The notes beneath the pieces were generated by a model. That model ran no database searches and was not told the DNA's origin. It worked only from the letters and a program-made list of their open reading frames with translations. From a virus (lineage: Duplodnaviria > Heunggongvirae > Uroviricota > Caudoviricetes), in the IMG/VR virus record IMGVR_UViG_3300025659_000002, positions 64,001-128,000 of that record: 64,000 nucleotides of DNA. One strand, given 5' to 3'. Below, piece by piece: positions 22,775-34,900 of the stretch. Numbering within the stretch: position 1 is the stretch's first letter; each line of letters begins with the position of its first letter. The position numbers and the translations under genes are program-made.

Positions 22775-25700
22775 ATGTCAGGACAAATAAAAGCCAAACA
22801 AATATCGGATGTATATAGCCAATCACAGGCTAATGCAACATTTTCAGCAAAATCCCACAACGCATCCGCCGCACCACCAGCGTCCCCAATAACTGGACAG
22901 ACTTGGTGAGATTCATCTAATGAAGTATTAAAAACATGAACAGGTAGTACATGAGTAGCCTCTGAAGGTACCTCAGGTACTTCTGGCTCAAGCGGAGCTA
23001 GCGGTGCTAGCGGTACTTCCGGATCAAGCGGAGCTAGCGGTGCTAGCGGTACTTCCGGAACTAGCGGTACTTCTGGATCAAGCGGATCAGCAGGTTCAAG
23101 CGGATCTTCGGGGACTTCCGGAACTTCTGGAACTTCAGGATCAAGCGGAACTTCAGGATCAAGCGGTACGAGTGGTACAAGTGGTACGAGTGGTACTTCA
23201 GGTTCAAGCGGTTCAGCAGGTTCAAGCGGTTCAAGCGGTACGAGTGGTACTTCTGGATCAAGCGGGACTTCAGGAACTTCAGGATCAAGCGGATCATCAG
23301 GATCAAGCGGAACTTCGGGAACTTCTGGTTCAAGCGGGACTTCAGGAACTTCTGGTTCAAGCGGGTCAGCAGGATCAAGCGGTTCTTCCGGAACTTCCGG
23401 ATCAAGCGGTACGAGTGGAACTTCAGGATCTTCTGGAGAGAAAGGAGTTACTGGAGATTCAGGATCAAGTGGATCAAGCGGAACCTCAGGCTCTTCTGGA
23501 GCTAAAGGAGACGCTGGAACGAGTGGTTCAAGCGGAACTTCTGGTTCAAGCGGAACTTCAGGATCAAGCGGTACTGGCGGTACTTCTGGGTCTTCTGGAG
23601 GAGTTGGAACGAGCGGTACTTCAGGATCAAGCGGAGCAGCAGGAACTTCAGGTTCAAGTGGAGATACGGGGGTGCCCGGAGCTTCAGGGTCAAGTGGTTC
23701 TTCCGGAACCTCAGGATCAAGCGGTACGAGTGGTACTTCGGGGTCAAGTGGAACTAGCGGTACTAGTGGTACTTCGGGTTCGAGTGGATCAAGCGGTTCA
23801 AGCGGTTCAAGCGGTACGAGTGGTACTTCAGGTTCAAGCGGTACGAGTGGTACTTCAGGTTCAAGCGGATCAAGCGGTTCAAGTGGATCAAGCGGTACGA
23901 GTGGTACTTCCGGAACTAGCGGAACTTCGGGATCGAGTGGAGCAGCTGGAACTTCAGGAACAAGCGGTTCAAGCGGAATAGACGGAACTTCCGGGTCAAG
24001 TGGTACGAGCGGTATAGGCGGAACTTCCGGATCTTCAGGAGGTGCAGGTACAAGTGGTACTTCTGGATTAAGCGGTACGAGTGGTACGAGCGGTTCTTCT
24101 GGGACTTCCGGATCAAGCGGGACTTCTGGATCAAGCGGTTCAAGCGGTTCAAGCGGCACAAGCGGTACTTCCGGTTTAAGCGGAACGTCAGGTTCAAGCG
24201 GTACAAGTGGAACTTCAGGATCAAGCGGAACTTCAGGATTAAGCGGAACTTCAGGATCAAGCGGTACAAGTGGAACTTCAGGTTCAAGCGGATCAGCAGG
24301 ATCAAGCGGTTCAAGCGGATCAAGCGGATCAAGCGGTACGAGTGGTACTTCGGGGTCAAGTGGAACTAGCGGTACGAGCGGTACTTCGGGCTCAAGCGGG
24401 GATAGTGGTACGAGTGGTACTTCAGGGTCAAGTGGGACTTCAGGAATTAGCGGTACTTCAGGGTCAAGTGGGACTTCAGGAATTAGCGGTACTTCAGGAT
24501 CAAGCGGAACTAGCGGTACTAGCGGTACTTCTGGGTCAAGCGGGACTAGCGGTACTAGCGGTACTTCTGGGTCAAGCGGGACTGCGGGTACAAGCGGTAC
24601 TTCTGGATCAAGTGGAACTAGCGGTACAAGTGGAACCTCAGGGTCAAGCGGTTCAAGCGGTTCAAGTGGAACTAGCGGTTCAAGCGGAACTTCAGGAACT
24701 TCTGGAACTTCAGGTTCAAGCGGAACTAGCGGTACGAGTGGTACCTCTGGATCAAGCGGTTCAAGCGGTTCAAGCGGTGTAAGCGGCACTTCCGGATCAA
24801 GCGGTACGAGTGGTACTTCAGGTTCAAGCGGTTCAGCAGGTTCAAGCGGTTCAAGTGGAACTTCAGGAACTAGCGGAACTTCAGGATCAAGCGGAACCTC
24901 AGGAACTTCAGGATCAAGCGGTACGAGTGGAACTTCGGGATCTTCTGGAGAAAAAGGAGTTATTGGGGATTCAGGATCTAGCGGGTCAAGTGGGACCTCG
25001 GGCTCTTCTGGAGCGAAAGGAGACGCTGGAACAAGCGGTTCAAGCGGAACTTCCGGAACTAGCGGAACTTCAGGTTCAAGCGGTACTGGCGGTACCTCTG
25101 GGTCTTCTGGAGGAGTTGGAACTAGCGGAACTTCAGGATCAAGCGGAGCTGCAGGAACTTCCGGTTCAAGCGGTACTTCCGGTTCAAGCGGAACTTCCGG
25201 AACTAGCGGAACTTCGGGTTCAAGTGGAACTTCCGGAACTAGCGGAACCTCAGGATCAAGCGGTATAAGTGGAACTTCAGGATCAAGCGGTTCAAGCGGT
25301 TCAAGCGGATCAAGCGGAACCTCAGGATCAAGCGGTACAAGTGGTACGAGTGGTACTTCAGGTTCAAGCGGTACGAGTGGTACAAGTGGTACTAGCGGGT
25401 CGTCTGGAACTAGCGGGTCAAGTGGAACTTCCGGTTCAAGTGGTACGAGCGGAACCTCAGGATCTTCTGGAGAAAAAGGGGTTACGGGGGATTCAGGTAC
25501 AAGCGGCTCAAGTGGAACTAGCGGTACAAGTGGAACTTCAGGATCAAGCGGAACTAGCGGTACGAGTGGTACTAGCGGGTCATCTGGAACAAGCGGATCA
25601 AGCGGAACTTCAGGAACTTCTGGAACTTCAGGATCAAGCGGAACTTCAGGAACTTCTGGAACTTCCGGGTCAAGCGGAACTTCAGGAACTTCAGGAACTT

Positions 25701-28459
25701 CAGGTTCAAGTGGATCTGCAGGATCAAGTGGTTCTTCCGGAACTTCAGGATCAAGCGGTACAAGCGGTACTAGTGGTACTTCGGGGTCAAGCGGTACAAG
25801 TGGTACGAGTGGTACTTCAGGTTCAAGCGGAACTAGTGGTACTTCTGGGTCAAGCGGTTCAGCAGGTTCAAGCGGTTCAAGCGGAACCTCTGGTTCAAGT
25901 GGTACTTCAGGCTCAAGTGGAACTTCAGGTACAAGCGGAACTTCAGGTTCAAGCGGAACTTCAGGTACAAGCGGAACTTCTGGGTCAAGCGGTTCAGCAG
26001 GTTCAAGCGGTTCTTCCGGAACCTCAGGTTCAAGCGGTACGAGTGGTACTTCAGGATCAAGCGGTACAAGTGGAACTTCAGGATCAAGCGGAACTTCAGG
26101 ATCAAGCGGAACTTCAGGAACTTCAGGATCAAGCGGAACTTCAGGAACTTCAGGTTCTAGCGGAACCTCCGGGTCAAGTGGAACTTCAGGAACTTCAGGT
26201 TCAAGTGGATCGGCAGGTTCAAGCGGTTCAAGCGGAACTTCGGGATCAAGCGGAACTTCAGGAACTTCAGGTTCAAGCGGTTCAAGCGGATCATCAGGAT
26301 CAAGCGGAACTTCCGGGTCAAGCGGAACTTCAGGAACTTCAGGTTCAAGCGGATCAGCAGGATCAAGTGGCTCTTCCGGAACCTCCGGGTCAAGCGGTAC
26401 GAGTGGAACTTCCGGGTCAAGCGGTACGAGCGGAACCTCCGGATCAAGTGGTTCAAGCGGTTCAAGCGGTTCAAGCGGTTCAAGCGGTTCAAGCGGAACG
26501 TCTGGATCATCTGGTAACACCGGAAATGCAGCCGGACATGTCCAGTACAACTTTGACAGCTCAACAACTGTAGCAGATCCGGGATCTGGAGACTTACGAT
26601 TAAACAATGGGACTCAAAACGCGGCTACCGTTATAATCTGTTCCGATGAGGACATTTTAGCGGTAGATGTACAGGGGTTACTGGCAACCTTCGACGACTC
26701 TACTAGCGCGGTTAAAGGTCACATCGTGCTCAGCGAGACTTATGTACCTGAAAACTGATTAATATTCCAAGTGAATTCTATAACCGAGGGACCAGGATAC
26801 TGGCAGATCGGAGTAACTAACGTAGATTCTTCCGCAGCATCACCTTTCTCAAATCTAGATCGTCTAGTTTTAAATTATTTCCGTACAGGAGATGCAGGGA
26901 CTAGTGGTTCAAGCGGTACGAGTGGTTCAAGCGGTTCAGCAGGTTCAAGCGGATCTTCAGGGACTTCCGGATCAAGCGGTACGAGTGGTACTTCAGGATC
27001 AAGCGGTACGAGTGGTACTTCAGGTTCAAGCGGTTCGGCAGGTTCAAGCGGTTCTTCAGGAACTTCAGGTTCAAGCGGAACTTCAGGTTCAAGCGGTACA
27101 AGCGGAACTTCTGGGTCAAGCGGTTCAGCAGGATCAAGTGGCTCTTCCGGAACCTCCGGGTCAAGCGGTACGAGTGGAACTTCCGGGTCAAGCGGTACAA
27201 GCGGAACCTCCGGATCAAGTGGTTCAAGCGGGTCAAGCGGTTCAAGTGGAACTTCAGGATCAAGCGGTTCAAGCGGTTCAAGCGGTTCAAGCGGAACGTC
27301 TGGATCATCTGGTAACACCGGAAATGCAGCCGGACATGTCCAGTACAACTTTGACAGCTCAACAACTGTAGCAGATCCGGGATCTGGAGACTTACGATTA
27401 AACAATGGGACTCAAAACGCGGCTACCGTTATAATCTGTTCCGATGAGGACATTTTAGCGGTAGATGTACAGGGGTTACTGGCAACCTTCGACGACTCTA
27501 CTAGCGCGGTTAAAGGTCACATCGTGCTCAGCGAGACTTATGTACCTGAAAACTGATTAATATTCCAAGTGAATTCTATAACCGAGGGACCAGGATACTG
27601 GCAGATCGGAGTAACTAACGTAGATTCTTCCGCAGCATCACCTTTCTCAAATCTAGATCGTCTAGTTTTAAATTATTTCCGTACAGGAGATGCAGGGACT
27701 AGTGGTTCAAGCGGTACGAGTGGTTCAAGCGGTTCAGCAGGTTCAAGCGGATCTTCAGGGACTTCCGGATCAAGCGGTACGAGTGGTACTTCAGGATCAA
27801 GCGGTACGAGTGGTACTTCAGGTTCAAGCGGTTCGGCAGGTTCAAGCGGTTCTTCAGGAACTTCAGGTTCAAGCGGAACTTCAGGTTCAAGCGGATCATC
27901 AGGATCAAGTGGGTCCTCTGGGACTTCCGGTTCAAGCGGGTCAAGCGGCTCCTCAGGTTCAAGCGGAACTAGCGGCTCTTCAGGAAGCTCCTTCACCTAT
28001 TCCCCTTCTAACGATAATAGAGTATTAAGAAGTGATACCGTAGGATCGGACGGAGTGCAGGAAACAGGTATAACCGTCGATGATTCTGACAACATGAGCG
28101 GAATAGCAGAACTATCAGCTACTGTAAAAAAATTCGTAATAATACATCCTACTAAAAAAGATTATAAATTACAGCACAGTGCTCTTGAAGGGCCTGAGCA
28201 TGGAGTCTATATTAGAGGTAAACTCAATATTGAGGATTCAATAATTCTACCTAATTATTGGGAACAATTGGTGGATACATCAACTATTTCAGTACACTTA
28301 ACTCCTATAAGATACTATCAAAAACTTTACGTGGATACTATTCAGGACAAAATAATTCTAATTAAAGAAGCAGACTCTAAACCTATATACTGTTTCTATG
28401 AGGTTAGAGCCGAACGTAAAGACGTTGATAAACTAGAGGTCGAGGTACCATGTCAGTAG
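22775..28459 (+). CDS. Giant collagen-like fibre protein 1 (1894 aa): N-terminal anchor, G-[ST]-S repeats, duplicated globular domain, C-terminal chaperone-like domain
   Basis: GGAG SD and ATG 22775; P..GQTW[W]D...LKT[W]TGST[W]V; in frame with track ORFs 23672, 26771 and 27569 via TGA; C-terminus KKFVIIHP...LQHSALEGPEHGVYIRGKL; TAG 28457-28459. Confidence 0.8.
22967..26530 (+). repeat. Uninterrupted Gly-X-Y coding repeat, 396 triplets, mostly GSS/GTS
   Basis: 9-nt units such as ggttcaagc and ggaacttca; Gly register is kept across the 3564 nt. Confidence 0.9.
26462..27894 (+). repeat. Direct repeat in fibre 1: 26462-27096 = 27260-27894 (798-nt period)
   Basis: Apparently identical 635-nt copies including the globular domain; compared by eye. 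Confidence 0.85.
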
Positions 28460-29127
28460 GTTACGGAACATCATTAGTTAACGACAGCTTAGTTTTTTGT
28501 CTAGATGCTGCAAACCCCAAGAGCTATATCGGTGATGGGGATTGGTATGATTTAATCAAGGACAACAATGGAACTAACTATGGACCAACTTATAGTTCAG
28601 ACTATGGTGGGATTTTCTTATTTGATAGAGCTTCTTCTCATTATTTTTATATAGGAAATCCAGCAGAGCTCTCTTTAGGTTCTAATTTTACAGTAGAAGC
28701 CTGAGTACGAGCTGACGCAGATGCTTGGATGTATTTTCTATACAACGGCTATAATCAAAATAACAGCTTCTGAATGGGAACACACCCCACCGCCAATGCT
28801 TGGTGACACGGTACTTATTATAACACTTCTTATAATTATTTGAGTAATGGTACTGACTCTGTAGAAATAGGAGTATGAACTCGCTGTGCTCTAACTTTTG
28901 ATGGTGCCAAATTTAATTGTTATATTAACAAAGAACACACAGTTACTGACGATCTATGATCTAATGATGCTTTTTCAAACCCAAGTACTGGAATTCAAAT
29001 AGGCAGTTCTTCGGGAAGTCGCGCTTGAGAAGGAGCTATAGCTGTTATTAAAGTATATAATACTGTTCTATCTGAAATTGAATTAGATAGAAACTATGAC
29101 GCTTTAAAAGGCAGGTTCGGCTTATAA
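28450..29127 (+). CDS. LamG/concanavalin-A-like protein 1 (225 aa)
   Basis: LVFCLDAANPKSY...RNYDALKGRFGL; six TGA read through. Confidence 0.75.
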
Positions 29128-29834
29128 TGGCACTTCAACACTCACCAAGAATAGTTACTGATGGGCTCATCTTCATGATAGATGCTGCCAATCCTAAGTG
29201 TATGCAAGCAGGCGATACCACTTGTACAGATTTAATAGGAGCTAAAACTTGTACAGGCGCTAGCGGTACTCCTGCGGCAGGGGCGCACACTCCGAACCCA
29301 GCTTACTTTCCAGAGTACAATGATCTCTATGGTGGGGGTGTGTTTGATTGTGCTGGTGGAAGAGGGATGAACGTAGAAGAAAGTTTAGGCTCTCATACAG
29401 AAGTGAGTGTTTGTACGTGACTTTATAAAAATTCCTCAAGCGCACAATACATAACTGACGGAAGAAATAACGGCGGCACTTGGTATATATTTAACTATAC
29501 CTCACCACAAACTAACTTGTCTTGGGCAAACCAACTTACACATACTTTCAGTGATCCTAAAGAAGCTGACGATGAAGCTTTTATGAATAAATGAATTTAC
29601 TTGGTTATCGCAGCAGATGCCTCTGCTGGTACTTTCTTTGTTAACGATGAATCAGTTGCTACCGGTGGCCCTATAACTGATAGTTTGGGAGTAAATTTTA
29701 GAATAGGTACTAGGTATACTACATCGGCCCCTTGAACAGGTTATATGGGTCCTATACAAATCTATGATAGAAAAATAACACTTGCAGAAGTGCAACAAAA
29801 CTTTAACGCACATAGATCGAGGTTCGGGGTATAA
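29127..29834 (+). CDS. LamG/concanavalin-A-like protein 2 (235 aa)
   Basis: SPRIVTDGLIFMIDAANPK...QNFNAHRSRFGV; TAATG coupling. Confidence 0.75.
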
Positions 29835-30538
29835 TGGGTTGTCATGAGGGGCCGCGATGAGAAACCGATGGTTTAAAATGATGCGTAGATCCCGCTAGTT
29901 CTAAAAGCTATAGCGGGTCAGGCTCGGATGTTTATGATTTAAGTTCTGGTAACTATAGTAGTACTATAACGTCCGCGACTCACAACGGCACTGGTCCAAA
30001 ATCTTTTGTGTTTGCCGCTAACCCGGATAGAATAGAAACGTCTTCCTCAACTTGATGAACTACTCCTACAAGTATGAGCGTATCTACATGATTTAAAATG
30101 ACAGGCGGGGGCGGTACCTATAGAACTGTTATTCACAAAAGTAATACAGGTGCAACCTCTGTAGGCTCGAGTCAATTCTGAACAGGTATAACTGCAGCGG
30201 GTACTTTGTGTGCTACTATTGGAGCAGCTACTGGTGGAATAGGTTGGGCTGCAGGGAATACTACCACCACAGGTACTTTAGATATTTGATGGAATTTAGC
30301 CGCAGTTTGGAATGGTGCCAATGTGCGAGTCTTTATAAATGGAGTCTATAACAAGCAATATGATTTAGGAGAATACCCTGTTGGCGATTACGCAGTACGA
30401 GTAGGGGCTTCTGGTGATGCTGGTACCTACCAAGTTATAGGTAAAATTCCCATGGTTACAGCAAATCACAATGTCGCACTAAGTGACGAACAAGTTGCAC
30501 AAAACTTTGATACACACAAATCGAGGTTCGGACTCTAA
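29834..30538 (+). CDS. LamG/concanavalin-A-like protein 3 (234 aa)
   Basis: GPR[W]ETDGLK[W]CVDPASSKSY...QNFDTHKSRFGL; the track shows only its last 71 aa. Confidence 0.75.
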
Positions 30539-31227
30539 TGGCTTTTTATCACTCACCACGAATAGTTACTGACGGATTGATAGCATATTTTGATGCGCTT
30601 AACCCAAAATCCTATCCCGGAAGTGGAACATTATTATATGATTTGACTGATCTCACTAATATTGCCGATGTAAAAAATTCCCCAACATATAATGCTGATG
30701 GAAGTTTTAGTATGAATGGCACTGATCAATATATTAATATGGGCACCTGCGAACAGTATTATCCAGCTACAGGAAGCTTAAGTTTGTGTGCAAGTATATG
30801 AGTAAAAGATACTGCAAGTGAAAATAGTGTTGTACTTGGGCAGCAAAACGTAGCCAACGAAAGACTATATATTGGTAGATACTCAGGTAATTGAAACATG
30901 GCTTGAGGAGAACAACATTGGGGCGATTCATATACTGGAGATTTAGTAGCAACTAGTGCTGGATTTGATAATGTGGTATTAAACGTGATAAAAGGAGTAC
31001 CAACTTTATATGTTAATGCTGTAGAAACTATCAGTAGAACGGGGGACACTAATGTATCCTTAACTGGCCCATTTCCGCTTGGTGCGTATTTTGGAGCACC
31101 TGGTGTGTATATTGACGCTTCCTCAGGTCCAAACGATAGTGCTATATGTCAATTATATAGTAGAAATCTATCAGTAGCAGAACTTACTCAAAACTTTAAT
31201 GCACTAAAAGGAAGGTTCGGAATATAA
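30538..31227 (+). CDS. LamG/concanavalin-A-like protein 4 (229 aa)
   Basis: SPRIVTDGLIAYFDALNPKSYPGSG...QNFNALKGRFGI; track ORFs 30538 and 30973 joined. Confidence 0.75.
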
Positions 31228-31931
31228 TGACTGTAGTAGGCGGGCCAAATATAATAAGGGATAACTTATCGTTTTATGTAGATGCAGCTAATATAGACTC
31301 ATATCCAGGTAGCGGGTCTACTTGAACGGATTTAAGTGGCAATGGTTTTGGAAATGCATTATTCGGAGCTACAACATATTCAACGAGCCCAGATAAGTTT
31401 GATACCAATGCGACTGATCATTTAACAGCTGACCATTTATCATTAAATGCAACTATTACATACGCTGACGCTTCTGCGTATACCTTTGAATTTGTAGTCA
31501 AGTTAAGAGCGTCCGCTACAGCGACTTATCAAGGATTAGTTGGATATGGGTCTACAAATCCTTGACTAACGTTATATGCAAATAACACTTCTGGAAGTTC
31601 GTGAGATTTGCGGTTTAGAGATAATGCCGCAGCTTATAATACTTTTTCTGATATTACTGATTATAATATACAAAATAATTGGGCTCATATAGCTATCGTA
31701 GTAGGGACAGATAGGAATATGTTATTTTATTTAAACGGAGCATGAAAACAAACTAAAGCTCTAACTACTTCTCTTTGTAGAGTACAAAGAATATGTGGGG
31801 GATATTCTTCTGGAGGAAATTATTACTCTTTACAAGGGTCAATGGCGTTATCTAGAGGATATACTTCAGATTTAAGCGCTACCGAAATATTACAAAACTT
31901 TAATGCTACTAAGGATAGGTTTAGTATTTAA
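31227..31931 (+). CDS. LamG/concanavalin-A-like protein 5 (234 aa)
   Basis: Absent from track. GPNIIRDNLSFYVDAANIDSYPGSGST[W]TDLSGN...QNFNATKDRFSI; TAA 31929-31931. Confidence 0.75.
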
Positions 31932-31939
31932 AAATATTA

Positions 31940-31968
31940 TTGCAAATACACTTAAAAGGAGATATATT
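31940..31968 (+). promoter_or_regulatory. Sigma-70-type promoter TTGCAA-N17-TATATT, 5 nt before ATG 31974
   Basis: Same geometry as the other sites; AGGAG lies inside the spacer. Confidence 0.6.
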
Positions 31969-31973
31969 TAGTC

Positions 31974-34900
31974 ATGGCTAAAGATATTACAATCACTCCC
32001 GGAAGTGGAACTATTGAGTTTCACGATTTAGCTGGGGCAGTACAAATTACTCTTGAAGTACTAGATGACGGTACATTACAATGATCTGGTAGTTCAGGAG
32101 CTTTATTTTCTTTAGTAGATAGTTTAACAGGGGTAGTGCTGTCTGCAAATGATATATCTGGCTTACCTATTTTTGAAGTAGATGCCGATAGTGACAAAGT
32201 AACTATGGGCTCTTATGGCAATAATACTTTTACAGTATCCGGCCTTCTAGCCGGATTTCAAACAGCCAATCCAACTGAAGCACTACATCTTGCCGATGGG
32301 TATGCGCTATTACCAAATGGCACAAGAATTAATGAATTCTCAACAGACGGCACATTAGGCGACGATAGTGATGACGCAGTACCTACTGAAAAAGCAGTAA
32401 AAACAGCCATTGATGCTGCAACCCTGGCCGGAACTTCCGGAACCTCCGGATCAAGCGGTTCAAGCGGTTCAAGCGGTTCAAGCGGTTCAAGCGGAACCTC
32501 TGGTTCAAGCGGTACGAGTGGTACTTCAGGATCAAGTGGTTCAGCAGGTTCAAGCGGCTCAAGCGGTACGAGCGGAACTTCAGGTTCAAGCGGATCAGCA
32601 GGTTCAAGCGGATCTTCAGGGACTTCCGGATCAAGCGGTACGAGTGGGTCTTCTGGTGGGGCTGGTACAAGTGGAACTTCAGGATCAAGCGGAACTTCCG
32701 GTTCAAGTGGTACGAGCGGAACCTCAGGATCGAGTGGTTCAGCAGGGTCAAGCGGTTCAAGCGGCTCAAGCGGTTCAAGTGGAACTTCAGGAACTTCAGG
32801 TTCAAGCGGTTCAGCAGGTTCAAGCGGTACGAGTGGTACTTCAGGATCAAGCGGTGCGAGCGGATCTTCCGGTTCATCCGGATCAAGTGGAGCTACTGGA
32901 AACGCAGGAACAAGCGGGTCAAGCGGTACGAGCGGTACGAGCGGTACTTCAGGTTCAAGCGGTGCGAGCGGATCTTCCGGTTCATCCGGATCAAGTGGAG
33001 CTACTGGAAACGCAGGGACAAGTGGTTCAAGCGGTACGAGCGGATCTTCCGGTTCATCCGGATCAAGTGGAGCTACTGGAAACGCAGGAACAAGTGGTTC
33101 AAGTGGAACTAGCGGTACTTCAGGATCAAGCGGTTCAGCAGGCTCAAGCGGATCTTCCGGTTCATCCGGATCAAGTGGAGCTACTGGAAACGCAGGAACA
33201 AGCGGGTCTTCAGGAAACTCAGGAAATCATGCCGGGTATATTGAGTACACATTCGATTCATCTACCTCTATGGCTGACCCAGGTGACGGGGATTTTAGAC
33301 TAAATCACGCCACGCAGTCTAGTGCTACAATTATAGCTTGTGATCATTTAGATGTAAATGGTACAGGTGTTGAGTATTTAATGGATACTTTCGATGATTC
33401 CTCAAGCACAATGGTAGGAAATCTTTATCTAGCTGGTAAGTATTCACCAGAAAATTGGTCTTATTGGCAAGTTAGTTCTCTTTCAAAAGAAACAGGTTAC
33501 ACTGAAATTACTATAAGCATTAGAGATGCTTCAGAAGCTAACCCATTTACTAATGGAGACGCGGTAGTATTAAGTTTTTTCCGTACAGGAGATAAAGGAG
33601 ATACAGGAGCAGGAGGAACTTCTGGGTCAAGCGGAGCAAGCGGATCTTCCGGTTCATCCGGATCAAGTGGAGCTACTGGAAACGCAGGGACAAGTGGTTC
33701 AAGCGGAACTTCCGGAACCTCAGGATCGAGTGGTTCAGCAGGGTCAAGCGGTTCAAGCGGCTCAAGCGGTTCAAGTGGAACTTCAGGAACTTCAGGTTCA
33801 AGCGGTTCAGCAGGTTCAAGCGGTACGAGTGGTACTTCAGGATCAAGCGGTGCGAGCGGATCTTCCGGTTCATCCGGATCAAGTGGAGCTACTGGAAACG
33901 CAGGAACAAGCGGGTCAAGCGGTACGAGCGGTACGAGCGGTACTTCAGGTTCAAGCGGTGCGAGCGGATCTTCCGGTTCATCCGGATCAAGTGGAGCTAC
34001 TGGAAACGCAGGGACAAGTGGTTCAAGCGGTACGAGCGGATCTTCCGGTTCATCCGGATCAAGTGGAGCTACTGGAAACGCAGGAACAAGTGGTTCAAGT
34101 GGAACTAGCGGTACTTCAGGATCAAGCGGTTCAGCAGGCTCAAGCGGATCTTCCGGTTCATCCGGATCAAGTGGAGCTACTGGAAACGCAGGAACAAGCG
34201 GGTCTTCAGGAAACTCAGGAAATCATGCCGGGTATATTGAGTACACATTCGATTCATCTACCTCTATGGCTGACCCAGGTGACGGGGATTTTAGACTAAA
34301 TCACGCCACGCAGTCTAGTGCTACAATTATAGCTTGTGATCATTTAGATGTAAATGGTACAGGTGTTGAGTATTTAATGGATACTTTCGATGATTCCTCA
34401 AGCACAATGGTAGGAAATCTTTATCTAGCTGGTAAGTATTCACCAGAAAATTGGTCTTATTGGCAAGTTAGTTCTCTTTCAAAAGAAACAGGTTACACTG
34501 AAATTACTATAAGCATTAGAGATGCTTCAGAAGCTAACCCATTTACTAATGGAGACGCGGTAGTATTAAGTTTTTTCCGTACAGGAGATAAAGGAGATAC
34601 AGGAGCAGGAGGAACTTCTGGGTCAAGCGGAGCAAGCGGATCTTCCGGTTCATCCGGATCAAGTGGAGCTACTGGAAACGCAGGGACAAGTGGTTCAAGC
34701 GGAACTTCCGGAACCTCAGGCTCAAGCGGAGCAAAGGGGGCAACCGGAACTTCCGGGTCAAGCGGAGCAAGCGGATCTTCCGGTTCATCCGGAACCTCAG
34801 GCTCAAGCGGAGCAAAAGGAGATGCGGGTACTTCAGGATCAAGCGGAGCAGCAGGAACTTCAGGTTCAAGCGGAGCTAGCGGTGCTAGCGGTACTTCAGG

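Noticed and set aside
22726-26607. 1293-aa minus-strand ORF (PEVPLVPL repeats) and similar antisense ORFs at 26875-27405, 27673-27996, 32383-32886
   Set aside because: Antisense shadows of the 9-nt Gly-Ser/Thr-Ser repeat. They lack SD or promoter context and oppose a + strand operon whose ORF has real terminal domains.
28450-31931. Diversity-generating retroelement acting on the LamG cassette
   Set aside because: No reverse transcriptase and no near-identical template/variable repeat pair with adenine-specific differences was seen in the window.
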